Source: Candidatus Iainarchaeum sp.
GTDB taxonomy: Archaea > Iainarchaeota > Iainarchaeia > Iainarchaeales > JAAZKV01
NCBI GenBank assembly: GCA_026397015.1
Contig: JAPLVR010000006.1
Location: 1-64,000 of the forward strand
DNA length: 64,000 nt
Direction of reading: 5' to 3'
In this document: positions 29,590 to 38,818 of the stretch, piece after piece
Layout of the letters: every line of letters begins with the position of its first letter
Position numbering within the stretch: the first letter of the stretch is position 1
Translations under genes and position numbers: made by a program
The notes under the pieces: model-generated
Databases searched by the model: none
The model's input: only the letters and a program-made list of their open reading frames with translations
Told to the model about the DNA's origin: nothing

Positions 29590-29628
29590 AACGAAGAATA
29601 GCGCTGAACTGTATATAAACTTTTTTAA

Positions 29629-29979
29629 CTAACTGATTTTGCCAACTTCTTTCAGTGTCCTCATCGTTCCGGAAACGGCAATCGTGTTAAGTATGACCTT
29701 CTTGTTCCTAATCTTGCGGATGAATGCGAGACCCGCGATTAATTCCGTTTCTTTTCCGCGCCTGCATTTCAAAATCGCCTTGTTTTCCCTGTAAAGCACC
29801 AGTTTCGGGCTGATTTCCGCCAAGCCCTTCGAGCCGAAAAAGGAAAGCATTTCAATCCAGAAGCCGAAATAAAAATCCTTTTCATTTACCGCCGCGTTAA
29901 GCACTTCAAGAAGAACATACCTTTTCCTTTCCCGCTTCGACAGGGGAACAATCGCCTTCTTTTTCTTTTCTATTTTCAT
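29629..29979 (-). CDS. rnp2: RNase P protein component 2 (Pop5/Rpp14)
   Basis: KRERKRYV, FFGSKG, AILKCRR, VSGTMRTL. Confidence 0.9.
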   Translation of the reverse strand: MKIEKKKKAIVPLSKRERKRYVLLEVLNAAVNEKDFYFGFWIEMLSFFGSKGLAEISPKLVLYRENKAILKCRRGKETELIAGLAFIRKIRNKKVILNTIAVSGTMRTLKEVGKIS

Positions 29980-30530
29980 TTAATTACCCCGAATACTTCC
30001 TTCATTCTGTTTCTATCGGCGCCAAGGATTATTGCGATTGCTTCGCGCATCTTTTCCGGGCGCAAATACAGCGGCTCTTTTGCCCCCGACGCGACAACGA
30101 ATTTCGCTTTCTTTTTTTTGCAGTAAAAGGCGATTTCCGAATAGTTCTTCCACATCTGGAACCGCTCAAAGGAATTTTTGTCCAGGAGCTCGGCAAACAT
30201 GAGCACGGTCACGATTTCGGCTTCCGCCAATTTTTTTGCCAAACCCAGATCAAAAAATTGCTTCGTGCCGGAAGGCTGGAGAAGAAAATCAACTTTTGCT
30301 TTTACGGCGAACTCGTTCGCCTTTACGCTTCCGCCGAGAACAGCCTTTTTTTTTGAAGAAAGCTTTTGAATGTTTTGAGTTGATTCAGAAACAAGGTAGC
30401 AGGGAATCATTTCCGCTTTTTTTACTTTTTGTTCCTGCGCTTCGTTTTCCACAAGAACAATGAGTTTCTCTTTGAAATAGGAACCTATCTGCAGCAGCTC
30501 TTTGAGCGGCTGGAAATACACTATATCCAT
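29976..30530 (-). CDS. rnp3: RNase P protein component 3 (Rpp30), divergent
   Basis: GGSVKANEFAV..KVDFL, VVASGAKEPLYLRP; between rpl15e and rnp2. Confidence 0.8.
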   Translation of the reverse strand: MDIVYFQPLKELLQIGSYFKEKLIVLVENEAQEQKVKKAEMIPCYLVSESTQNIQKLSSKKKAVLGGSVKANEFAVKAKVDFLLQPSGTKQFFDLGLAKKLAEAEIVTVLMFAELLDKNSFERFQMWKNYSEIAFYCKKKKAKFVVASGAKEPLYLRPEKMREAIAIILGADRNRMKEVFGVIK

Positions 30531-30554
30531 AAATTAAATGCGCGACCAAATTTT

Positions 30555-31148
30555 TTAGCCGTGAGTATGATCCATCGCCTGTTTTCTGTGCCTTTTTCTC
30601 GTGTTAGCAAGGTTCGCGCGCTTGTTTACGCGGCCGAAAAATGTTTTCCCTCTTTCCGCCCTTCCCTGTTGCCCGTGGTTAATCCATTTCAAATTCTTGT
30701 CCGCCAAAACACTTGGCGCATCCCTGTCGGCAAGAACGACTTCATAATAATGCTTCGTTCCATCTTCCGCAATTTTGTAAGAACCCAAAACTTCCGCGTT
30801 CTCAAATTTTTTTGACGCTCTCTCCTCCGCAATCGCCTGAACGCTTTTCCTTCTGGACAATGTTGCCTGCCCCTGTCTCTTTGGCCTTCTCTTATTCTTC
30901 GGCCTGTGATGAGTTCCCGTTCCTTTTCTGACCCTCACGCGCGCAACAAAAACTCCCTGCTTCGCCTTGTAACCGATGCTCCTTGCCGCGGGAATATTTG
31001 TGGGGCCCCCAAGCTTTACAATAGCCTTGTCCTCGTTTCTGTATTCAAGGGTTCGCTGCTTCATCATGCCCGCATAATTGTAATCCCTGTCTTTCTGGCC
31101 CTTCCATTCTCTCTGGAAATTCGCCCTTATGTACTTCCATGCGCCCAT
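30555..31148 (-). CDS. rpl15e: 50S ribosomal protein L15e
   Basis: MGAWKYI, ARSIGYKAKQG, RVRVRKG, IAEERA, YYEVVL, RGKT. Confidence 0.96.
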   Translation of the reverse strand: MGAWKYIRANFQREWKGQKDRDYNYAGMMKQRTLEYRNEDKAIVKLGGPTNIPAARSIGYKAKQGVFVARVRVRKGTGTHHRPKNKRRPKRQGQATLSRRKSVQAIAEERASKKFENAEVLGSYKIAEDGTKHYYEVVLADRDAPSVLADKNLKWINHGQQGRAERGKTFFGRVNKRANLANTRKRHRKQAMDHTHG

Positions 31149-31264
31149 AAAAAACACTTCCAAATAAAAAAACCCAACTAACTAAATGCCCACCAGTTAC
31201 GCCAAATAAACTTTCGAATCAAAGAAGTTCATAAAAAAGATTTTATAAAGCTAACTAAGGCGGT

Positions 31265-31561
31265 TTAGCGGCTCCTTCCGCGCGGAGGCGTCTTTCTTCT
31301 TGTCAAAGCAGGATTGTTGCGCGGAACATTTCCCTGCCTTGAAATTCTCTTCGCGCCCGTATCAAAAAATCCGCCTTTTCGCGGGTAAACCTTTCTGCCA
31401 TTCGGCAAGTGCTCTACCAGATAAGTGGAAGCGCCTGCTGATTTATTCGCCAGCCTTAACACCCTTTTGAATGTAGTACTAACAATTGTATCTCCGCCGG
31501 TTTTCCTCGGCGCCGGCCCCTGCCCCCAAAAAGGCTCCGGTCTTTTTGCAGGTTTTCTCAT
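31265..31561 (-). CDS. Hypothetical Arg/Pro-rich small protein
   Basis: Fills the gap; GGTGTG SD-like element before TTG start; no known domain. Confidence 0.45.
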   Translation of the reverse strand: MRKPAKRPEPFWGQGPAPRKTGGDTIVSTTFKRVLRLANKSAGASTYLVEHLPNGRKVYPRKGGFFDTGAKRISRQGNVPRNNPALTRRKTPPRGRSR

Positions 31562-31611
31562 TCAACACACCTTTACATATTTCTTAAAGGTTTTACTATT
31601 TAAATGTTAGC

Positions 31612-32592
31612 ATGGCAAAAAAAGAAAAGGAGCCGGCTGGGCAAAAAAAATGCGACCGGTGCGGGGCAAAAGCGGCAATAACTCTCGCCTACGGTCCGCA
31701 CCATTTCTGCGAAAAACATTTCACCGATTTTTTTGAAAAAAGATTCAGAAAAACGGCAAGAAAATACGGGCTCATTAGGAACGGCGAAAAAATACTTGTT
31801 GCGCTGAGCGGAGGAAAAGATTCAACGCTTCTTCTTCACCTGCTGAAAAAGTTTTATTCGCGAAACCACAAAATCGAAGCGCTGATAATCGACGAAGGAA
31901 TAAGCGGATACAGGGATGAGGCGATAAAAATCGCGGTAAAAAACTGCAAAAAATTGGGGGTCAAACCGAAAATAGTTTCGTTCAAAAAAGAATTTGGAGT
32001 TACAAACGACAAAATAATGCCGCTGATTTTCAAGAACAGCAAACTCGGGGGCACATGCGCCTTCTGCGGAACGATGAGAAGAAACCTGATGAACAGGGGG
32101 GCGAAAAGGCTTGGCGCGGATAAGCTTGCAACGGGGCATAACCTTGATGACGAGGCGCAAAGCATTTTGATGAATATCTTCAACAACGATTTTGAGAGGT
32201 TCAGGAGGACTGGCGCAACAGCAGGAGTGATGGAACACAACGGCTTTGTGAAAAGGATAAAGCCGTTCTACGAAACGCCTGAAGACGAGATACTTGCTTA
32301 TTGTTCGTTCAGGGGAATCGAACATTTTTCGGGCGACTGCTGCCCCTACAGCTGGACAGCAAAAAGAAACGAATACAGAAAAATAATCGATGACTTGGAA
32401 AAAAAATTCCCGAATACAAAATTTTCGCTGCTCCGCTTTTATGAAAATTTGAAGCCTTTGCTCGCCCAAAAAAAAGGCGAAAAGAAGGCGGCGAAAAAGG
32501 CGCTTGGAAAATGCGAAAAATGCGGCGAACCCACCGAACACGAATTGTGCATGGCGTGCAAACAGGTCAAAAAAATTATTGATTTGATTTAA
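31612..32592 (+). CDS. tRNA 2-thiolation protein TtuA/Ncs6 family (TIGR00269-like)
   Basis: N-terminal CxxC..CxxH, SGGKDS PP-loop, CAFCG, TGHNLDD, CPY, C-terminal CxxC..CxxC. Confidence 0.92.
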   Translation: MAKKEKEPAGQKKCDRCGAKAAITLAYGPHHFCEKHFTDFFEKRFRKTARKYGLIRNGEKILVALSGGKDSTLLLHLLKKFYSRNHKIEALIIDEGISGYRDEAIKIAVKNCKKLGVKPKIVSFKKEFGVTNDKIMPLIFKNSKLGGTCAFCGTMRRNLMNRGAKRLGADKLATGHNLDDEAQSILMNIFNNDFERFRRTGATAGVMEHNGFVKRIKPFYETPEDEILAYCSFRGIEHFSGDCCPYSWTAKRNEYRKIIDDLEKKFPNTKFSLLRFYENLKPLLAQKKGEKKAAKKALGKCEKCGEPTEHELCMACKQVKKIIDLI

Positions 32593-32639
32593 GCCGGGCA
32601 AAATTAAAAATTACTGATTTGATTTAGTTCGGCACGAAA

Positions 32640-34481
32640 TTATTTCTTGCCCAGCAGAGTTTGGATGTAACCCGCAAATTCGTTTTCAAACTTTTCAAGC
32701 CCTTCTATTTTTGCGTCAAAAATCAAAACTCTTTCTTTGATTTGCCTTTCAGCATCAACGTTTTTCTGGTCCAGCGCATTTATCGAATCGTTCATTCTCA
32801 CAAGCGTTTCTTCCATGTTTTTCAGGAACTGTTTCTTGAACTCGTCAAGGATTTCTATCTTCTGCTTTAGAGTGTCAAGAGAAAGCTGTTTCTCCGCCGC
32901 CTTTATTTTGTTTAATTCCACTTCCATTTCCTGAATCAAGCCTTCCGCTTTTTGAATCGCGAGCTCGTCAATCCTCTGCTCGGCTTCCTGCAGCATTCCT
33001 TCCGCAATATTTTTTTCAAGTTCAAGCGTTTTCGCAATCCTATCGTCCATTTCCTTCAGGTGCGCATCCGCCGCGTCAATGAATTCCTGCGTCTGCGATT
33101 TTATTCTTATTAACTCCGAATTTGACTCTGAAATAACCTGCACTTTTGTCCTTCGCACCTCGTCGATTGCGGCCGTGAGCTGTGCAAGCGCATCATCCCG
33201 CTCCCGCCTTGTTTTTTCAAGAGTAACGAGGTTTGATTTGAGCTCGTTGTTGTACTGCCTCAGCTCCGCTATTTTCGAATCGATTATGAAGGCGATTTCC
33301 CTCAATTTTTCTTCAAGCGCTTCGGTGTTGCTGGAAATAATCAATTCTTTCTGGGAGTCGAGCAGAATCTTGAATTTTTCTGTTTCCTTTCTAACTGCCG
33401 CATCAACCTTTTGGTCCACAACAGCATCAACATCGCTCTTTAATTTTTTCATTTCAGAAAGTTTTGCGTTTATCGCAATAACTATCCCTTTCTTCCAAAG
33501 CTGTTCAATGTCATTGTCGGAAACGGCGTCAAGGGAACTCGGCTTTCTTTGCGGCACAACCTTTTTAATTTCTTGAACCGGGATCTCCTGCGCGAAACTT
33601 TTTTGCAAATTTTTTGCTTCAACTTGCTGCACACTTTTTTGCCCGGCTTTTTTTGAGGTTTCAGAAGCAACTTCGCTAATTATTTTATTCACAATAAGAT
33701 TTTCAGATTCCTCCTGTGTTGGAGCCTCTTCCTGTTTTTCTTCAACCGATTTTGCGGTTGAAAATAAGGGCCTGACAACCTGCCTTGAACTTGCTGCCTT
33801 CAAAGCGTCTTCCTTTTCCTGCCGCTGGCGCTGAGGACTTTTCGAAAGCTTTCTCAGCGCATTAAGCGCATCGCTTTCCTCTTCAGCTTCCGATTCTGTT
33901 TGGTTTCCACTTCCACCCATTCCTTTTGTTCCCGCGCCTACCGCATTTTTTGCGGAATTCACTTCTGCGTTAAGGGAGTCCGCCTGCGCGTCAAGGGATT
34001 CCTCGGTTTCCGGCGCGTCCTCCTCTATTTTAATTCCAGTGTCGATTTCTGAAGGTTCTATTTCATTGTCGTCTTCATCCTCGACGCCTGAAATGTTTTC
34101 AACGGAACCGTTTTTTTGCTGTGCAGATGATTGGCCCTGTGAAACTTGCGAAAGGTTTTGCTGGCTCTTGGTAAGCTGTTCTGTTATTTCATCGAAAACG
34201 TCCTTTGAACCTTCTTCTTTTGAAGAGCCGTATTGAGAAGGCTGGGAAATCTGCCGCGAATAAGAAGGCTGCGCATTCGATTGTATCGAAACATATTCCT
34301 CAATCTTCGGCTGGCCAAAAGAACTCGCGGCAGTTGAACCGCTTCTGGCTTCCATCGTAAGTTCAAGGGCTTCTTTTTTGTCAACACCGACGTCAGCCAG
34401 GTTTGACACTATTTCTTCGTCAGAAACTCCGAGGGCAATGAGCTTTTTTATGGAGTCAAGTATGAGTTCGCGCTTGTCCAT
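32640..34481 (-). CDS. Large protein: small helical N-domain, acidic disordered linker, ~290-aa C-terminal coiled coil
   Basis: Heptad-rich E/K/L C-terminal half; S/Q/E-rich middle. Confidence 0.7.
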   Translation of the reverse strand: MDKRELILDSIKKLIALGVSDEEIVSNLADVGVDKKEALELTMEARSGSTAASSFGQPKIEEYVSIQSNAQPSYSRQISQPSQYGSSKEEGSKDVFDEITEQLTKSQQNLSQVSQGQSSAQQKNGSVENISGVEDEDDNEIEPSEIDTGIKIEEDAPETEESLDAQADSLNAEVNSAKNAVGAGTKGMGGSGNQTESEAEEESDALNALRKLSKSPQRQRQEKEDALKAASSRQVVRPLFSTAKSVEEKQEEAPTQEESENLIVNKIISEVASETSKKAGQKSVQQVEAKNLQKSFAQEIPVQEIKKVVPQRKPSSLDAVSDNDIEQLWKKGIVIAINAKLSEMKKLKSDVDAVVDQKVDAAVRKETEKFKILLDSQKELIISSNTEALEEKLREIAFIIDSKIAELRQYNNELKSNLVTLEKTRRERDDALAQLTAAIDEVRRTKVQVISESNSELIRIKSQTQEFIDAADAHLKEMDDRIAKTLELEKNIAEGMLQEAEQRIDELAIQKAEGLIQEMEVELNKIKAAEKQLSLDTLKQKIEILDEFKKQFLKNMEETLVRMNDSINALDQKNVDAERQIKERVLIFDAKIEGLEKFENEFAGYIQTLLGKK

Positions 34482-34557
34482 CCAATATCAAACTATAAAT
34501 AGTTCTTATTGAATAAAAAGCTGTTGGTGGGGTTTAATTCGGCTTTAAGAGACCTGT

Positions 34558-34791
34558 TTAAGGAGAAATCATTACTATGCTGTCGCCGCGAACCATAATC
34601 TTGCCGTAATTTGTTTTCAGCTGGCCGTCAACTATCTGGGAAGCGTTTTCAAGGACTATATTCATGTGAATGTCGAAAGCTTTGAGCTTTCCCCTCACCT
34701 GTGTGCTTCCCTTCATTACAACAAGCACTTCTTTTCCGAGAGAATCGTTCAACAAATCGAACGGCCTGTTGCTCATTTTTTCATTCATCAT
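34558..34791 (-). CDS. Sm-like archaeal protein (SmAP1/Lsm)
   Basis: RPFDLL..SLGK.VLV, GKLKAFDIHMNIVL, VRGDSIVMISP. Confidence 0.95.
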   Translation of the reverse strand: MMNEKMSNRPFDLLNDSLGKEVLVVMKGSTQVRGKLKAFDIHMNIVLENASQIVDGQLKTNYGKIMVRGDSIVMISP

Positions 34792-35579
34792 TTCTTCCAC
34801 CAGAAAAATAATCTTGCAAGCAAACCTTTTTTAATGAACCCTTCCTTCTGCGCATCTTCCTGCACTTTCAACCCTGTTAGGCGCGAAGCGATTCGCTGGA
34901 ACTCAATTGCAGCCGGAGAATTCGGAATACGCGCAATTACCGGCGCAGCCTTTTCCTGAGAAAATGTTCTTCTTACTTCAGGGTCGTCTGGAACGGAACC
35001 GTAAACAGGGGTTTCCAAAAAATTCGCAATATCCTGCTGAGGAATTTCGCCCTTCTCCTTCCGCACAAAATTAATTATAACGCCCGTTACTTTCGCCCCG
35101 AGGCGCTGGGCAATCTGCCGGGTTTTCTCCGCATCCGCCAAAGCGGGCGGATTCGGCATCGTAACAAGAAGCATTTCCTGCGAAGCGCTTATCGCGCTGA
35201 TTACCTGCTTTTCAATTCCTGCCGCCGCATCCAGCAAAATATAATCGTAATCTTCCTCAATTTCTTTTATCACCCCGGCTAATCTTTCGCTGTCCAACCG
35301 CTTGTAATTTTCCAGGCTCATTCCGGACGGAACCAAATGAATGCCGCCCGGCCCGTCATAAATGGAATCCCTTATCTGCGCCTCGCCCAAAAGAACATCG
35401 TGCAAAGTTATCGGCGAACTCTGCATTCCCAAAATGAGCGAAAGGTTCGCCATCGCGACGTCCGCGTCGATTAACAAAACTTTTTTTCCTAATTTAGAAA
35501 GTGCTATTCCCAAATTTGCCGTAAGAGTTGTTTTTCCTGTTCCGCCCTTTCCGGAAGCAATTACCATTATGCGCGCCAT
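34788..35579 (-). CDS. minD: MinD-family ATPase
   Basis: SGKGGTGKTT deviant Walker A, DADVAMANL, C-terminal amphipathic KGLLARLF. Confidence 0.92.
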   Translation of the reverse strand: MARIMVIASGKGGTGKTTLTANLGIALSKLGKKVLLIDADVAMANLSLILGMQSSPITLHDVLLGEAQIRDSIYDGPGGIHLVPSGMSLENYKRLDSERLAGVIKEIEEDYDYILLDAAAGIEKQVISAISASQEMLLVTMPNPPALADAEKTRQIAQRLGAKVTGVIINFVRKEKGEIPQQDIANFLETPVYGSVPDDPEVRRTFSQEKAAPVIARIPNSPAAIEFQRIASRLTGLKVQEDAQKEGFIKKGLLARLFFWWKK

Positions 35580-35750
35580 TCAATCCCACCGATTTATAAC
35601 CTATAAAAGCTGTAAGAGTATAAAACTGTTTCCCTTAATATAAAATAAAAAAAATACCATGCTGTCCCGAAATTGAATATTTGTCACTAAGCAAAAACAA
35701 AAAACTATCAAAAATCAAAAAAATTTAAAAAAAATGAGGCGCTTTTTGAA

Positions 35751-38201
35751 TTAGTCAGTCTGCCACTTCAAAATGGGGTAATCGTTGCCCTGCTCGGTCC
35801 AGACGTTGGTAAAGTCCCAGCCGGAGTGGAACGGTTCTTTTTCTTCGGAATAAACCGAACCCTTGAAATAATCGGCGCCGGAACTTTCATAAGTCCTGTT
35901 GCAGTAAAAAACAGTGTCCATCGCGGTGCCGTTATTTCCGCTTCCGCTTGAATCATTCAGGTCGCCGTCCAATTGCCAAAATCCCAAAGCTCCGGAAACT
36001 GTGCCGCCGCCGAAGAGAGTGGCGACTTCGTCGGCACTTAAATTACGGTCCCAGATGCCGACCTCATCTATTCTCCCCTTCCACTGCCTCTCCGCACCGG
36101 TATTATACCCTGTTCCAAGTGCAAGGTTCGGAAGGCTGGTTGGCCACAGAGTGCTTTTCGCGGCGTTGAAAATCAGCGAATTATCCAGGTAGCCTTTGAC
36201 ATTGCTCGCGTTTTTGTCCCAAACAAATACCACATGATACCATCTGTTGGCATCCATCGGGTTCCCGAGGCCGGTATTCATATGTTGGTTTGCAGTAAAG
36301 TCTCCGGTCCCGATAACAACGCCGAATGATCTATCGCCCGCTTCCTCAAATCTTATGCCGTTGTTTCCGCCATTGTAATTGGTTGTAAGAGGGTTTCTGT
36401 AATTTGCAACTTCGTCAGCGTACATCCAGAAGCTTATTGTACCCTTGTCAGGGAAGTTGGCTGAAATGTTCCCGATGCTTATGTAAGTGGTTCCGCTAAT
36501 GAATCTGTACGCTGAATTGGGGTTGCTGAGCCTGTCATCAACAAAGTTCTGGTCAACAGTATATTGGTTGTTAGTGTAGTATGAGTTGGATGCCGCACTG
36601 CTACAGTTGCCGAAACCACGCGCATTGGTTCCGCTCATCGCACTCGTCGTAAAACTGTTGCTTGTATTGTTATGCACCCCCGCAAAACCGCCTATGTTTG
36701 ATGCGCCGGTTCCGTTCACGGTTCCCGTCGAATACGCTCTCGAAGCGGTTCCAGAACCTTCAATAACCCCTGCAAGCCCCCCAACATAGTTGCTGGTGCC
36801 GGTTACATTCCCGGTCGCATAAGAATCATAAATCGAGGTCCCGCTCCCGCTGTTCCCAACCAGACCGCCGATACGCTGAGAACCTGAAACATTCCCTCCC
36901 GCAAAGGACTCGGAAACAGGACAGCCTGCCCCCGTTAGCCCCCCAACACGCTCGCCGCCAGAAACACTTGCAAGAGAATACGATTCCGAAATGCTCCCAC
37001 AGACGCCCGAAAGCCCTCCGACATAATTGCTAACCCCTCTGACAGTGCCCGTAGTGTACGAACCGGTGATAGCTGCCCCTTGGCCCACCAATCCGCCAAC
37101 AATATCCTTGCCAGTCACATTGATATCCGCCAAACCCACATCCCTTATCGTTACGGACGAATTCATGTAGCCAAGCAGCCCGACATAATTCTCGCTCGGC
37201 CGATTTATGTACAAATTACTTATCGTGTGGTTTTGGCCGTTGAAAGAGCCGCTGAAGTCAGTATGCAACCAAGTGCCTCCGCAGCCGTCGGATTCGCGGG
37301 TACAACTCTCCGCATCTGTGCATCCTGTATTCAACCAGTTCTGTTCATATCCGCAATATGGTTCGGTTATCCATGTGCACTCATCATTTTCGCAGTCCTC
37401 CTGGCTACCGTACTCTCCACGCCACCCCCCCTCCTCACCATACATATAGAAGCACACTGGAAGGCTTTCTGTAATCCACTCCAGCCCGCAGCCTCCCGCT
37501 TCGCGTTCGCATGATGCCTCGTCACCGCACCCTCCCACCGTGCAACTAGCCGGGTCGCCTATCGGGTTGAAACCCGCGCCGCCATTCCAAGTATTGGTAT
37601 CAGAACAATCGATATTCTGTGCGAGCGCGTAATTCGCATCCAAATCATTGTTCATGTCCTGCAATTCATTACAGTCGGACAAAAGGAACGGGTGCGCGTA
37701 ACTACCATCCTCATATACTGAAGGTATAACATCAGTGGTACAACTCACGACCAGCTCCCCGCCGGAAACAATATGCAACAAACCATCCGCATCCCTATAA
37801 ACAACTCTTACCAAATAAGTCCTTGAACCGCCAACACAAGGAGACAAATCACCAACCGAAACACTCGCCTCCCCCCCCCCCAAAACCCTCGAAAAAGAAA
37901 CATTCACATCAACACCATCAACACTCAAACCAACAACATTAACATCCCCCACACCATTATTCCTAAACCTAAACAACGCATCCCCATTAGAATCAGCAAC
38001 AGACCCAACAATCCCCACACTCTGAAAAGCCCAAAACAAATCAGACTTATTCTTCGCAATACTAGGCGCAGACTCGATAAAAGAAGCCACCAAACTAACA
38101 ACAACCAAACCAATAACAACAATAATTGCGAGCAAAACAATATACTCAATAGTACCCTGCGCCTTTGGAGATTTAATGCGCGCCAAAAAATAGTTCCACA
38201 T
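35751..38201 (-). CDS. Class III signal peptide GLUG-repeat surface protein, paralogue 2, with Cys-rich insert and LamG domain
   Basis: KAQGTIEYIVLLAII; GLUG units; LamG motifs TISFW, WYHVVFVWD, KGRIDEVGIWDRNLS; C-terminal YPILKWQ; TATA TTTATATA about 21 nt upstream. Confidence 0.87.
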   Translation of the reverse strand: MWNYFLARIKSPKAQGTIEYIVLLAIIVVIGLVVVSLVASFIESAPSIAKNKSDLFWAFQSVGIVGSVADSNGDALFRFRNNGVGDVNVVGLSVDGVDVNVSFSRVLGGGEASVSVGDLSPCVGGSRTYLVRVVYRDADGLLHIVSGGELVVSCTTDVIPSVYEDGSYAHPFLLSDCNELQDMNNDLDANYALAQNIDCSDTNTWNGGAGFNPIGDPASCTVGGCGDEASCEREAGGCGLEWITESLPVCFYMYGEEGGWRGEYGSQEDCENDECTWITEPYCGYEQNWLNTGCTDAESCTRESDGCGGTWLHTDFSGSFNGQNHTISNLYINRPSENYVGLLGYMNSSVTIRDVGLADINVTGKDIVGGLVGQGAAITGSYTTGTVRGVSNYVGGLSGVCGSISESYSLASVSGGERVGGLTGAGCPVSESFAGGNVSGSQRIGGLVGNSGSGTSIYDSYATGNVTGTSNYVGGLAGVIEGSGTASRAYSTGTVNGTGASNIGGFAGVHNNTSNSFTTSAMSGTNARGFGNCSSAASNSYYTNNQYTVDQNFVDDRLSNPNSAYRFISGTTYISIGNISANFPDKGTISFWMYADEVANYRNPLTTNYNGGNNGIRFEEAGDRSFGVVIGTGDFTANQHMNTGLGNPMDANRWYHVVFVWDKNASNVKGYLDNSLIFNAAKSTLWPTSLPNLALGTGYNTGAERQWKGRIDEVGIWDRNLSADEVATLFGGGTVSGALGFWQLDGDLNDSSGSGNNGTAMDTVFYCNRTYESSGADYFKGSVYSEEKEPFHSGWDFTNVWTEQGNDYPILKWQTD
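37871..37881 (-). repeat. G11 homopolymer in coding strand (LGGGE)
   Basis: 11 consecutive C on the + strand. Confidence 0.9.
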
Positions 38202-38265
38202 ACTCTAATATGCGCCTCGGCTATATAAATATTTTCCCAAAAATCAGCAGGGACAAAATGAGACC

Positions 38266-38727
38266 TTAAATTTTCAAATCGCCCAAGCCGTAAGATTCGA
38301 AAACGCCCGCTTCCTTTTTTTCCGCCTGGAAATTGTCGGAAAAAACCGCCGGAACCATTTTTGCCACGTCCTTCAAAGAAAGATTTGCGGGAAGCAGAAG
38401 CTCCTCGTCAAAAGCGGTAACCAAATCAATCTGCGACCGCGCCAATTCAACCGCCTGAAAGTAACCCTTTCCCTTTGCCCCGTTCAAAAAATATTTTAGA
38501 GCTTCTTTTCCCTTGAAGCCCGCCCCTACCGACAGGCATTCGGCAAAGCAGGCGTACATTTTTCCTTCCTTGAAAAACAAAACGCTCTCCTCTATGCAGG
38601 ACGCCTTAACTGTTTGTATCAGATAGCCGCTGAAACCGCCGTCAACCAGGCTTTTCGCAATCGTCTCAAAATCGAACGGAATCGTTCCCTTCAAAACAAC
38701 CTTTCCTGCGGGAAAATTCATTTGCAC
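38266..38727 (-). CDS. DUF2226-family protein
   Basis: MNFPAGKVV...GFSGYLI...EESVLFFKEG pattern. Confidence 0.65.
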   Translation of the reverse strand: MQMNFPAGKVVLKGTIPFDFETIAKSLVDGGFSGYLIQTVKASCIEESVLFFKEGKMYACFAECLSVGAGFKGKEALKYFLNGAKGKGYFQAVELARSQIDLVTAFDEELLLPANLSLKDVAKMVPAVFSDNFQAEKKEAGVFESYGLGDLKI

Positions 38728-38818
38728 ACCACAATTTTAAAAATCAAATCCTGAAAACAAAATTCAACCAAATTATTGCTCGCCCCTCAAATAAATTACT
38801 GCTCTCAATTCAAAAAAA

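Noticed and set aside
31822-32601. Long antisense/alternative-frame ORFs (e.g. 31822-32601, 26465-27376, 28131-28826, 16809-17390)
   Set aside because: They are shadows of well-supported genes on the opposite strand, with Phe/Ser-rich composition and no motifs.
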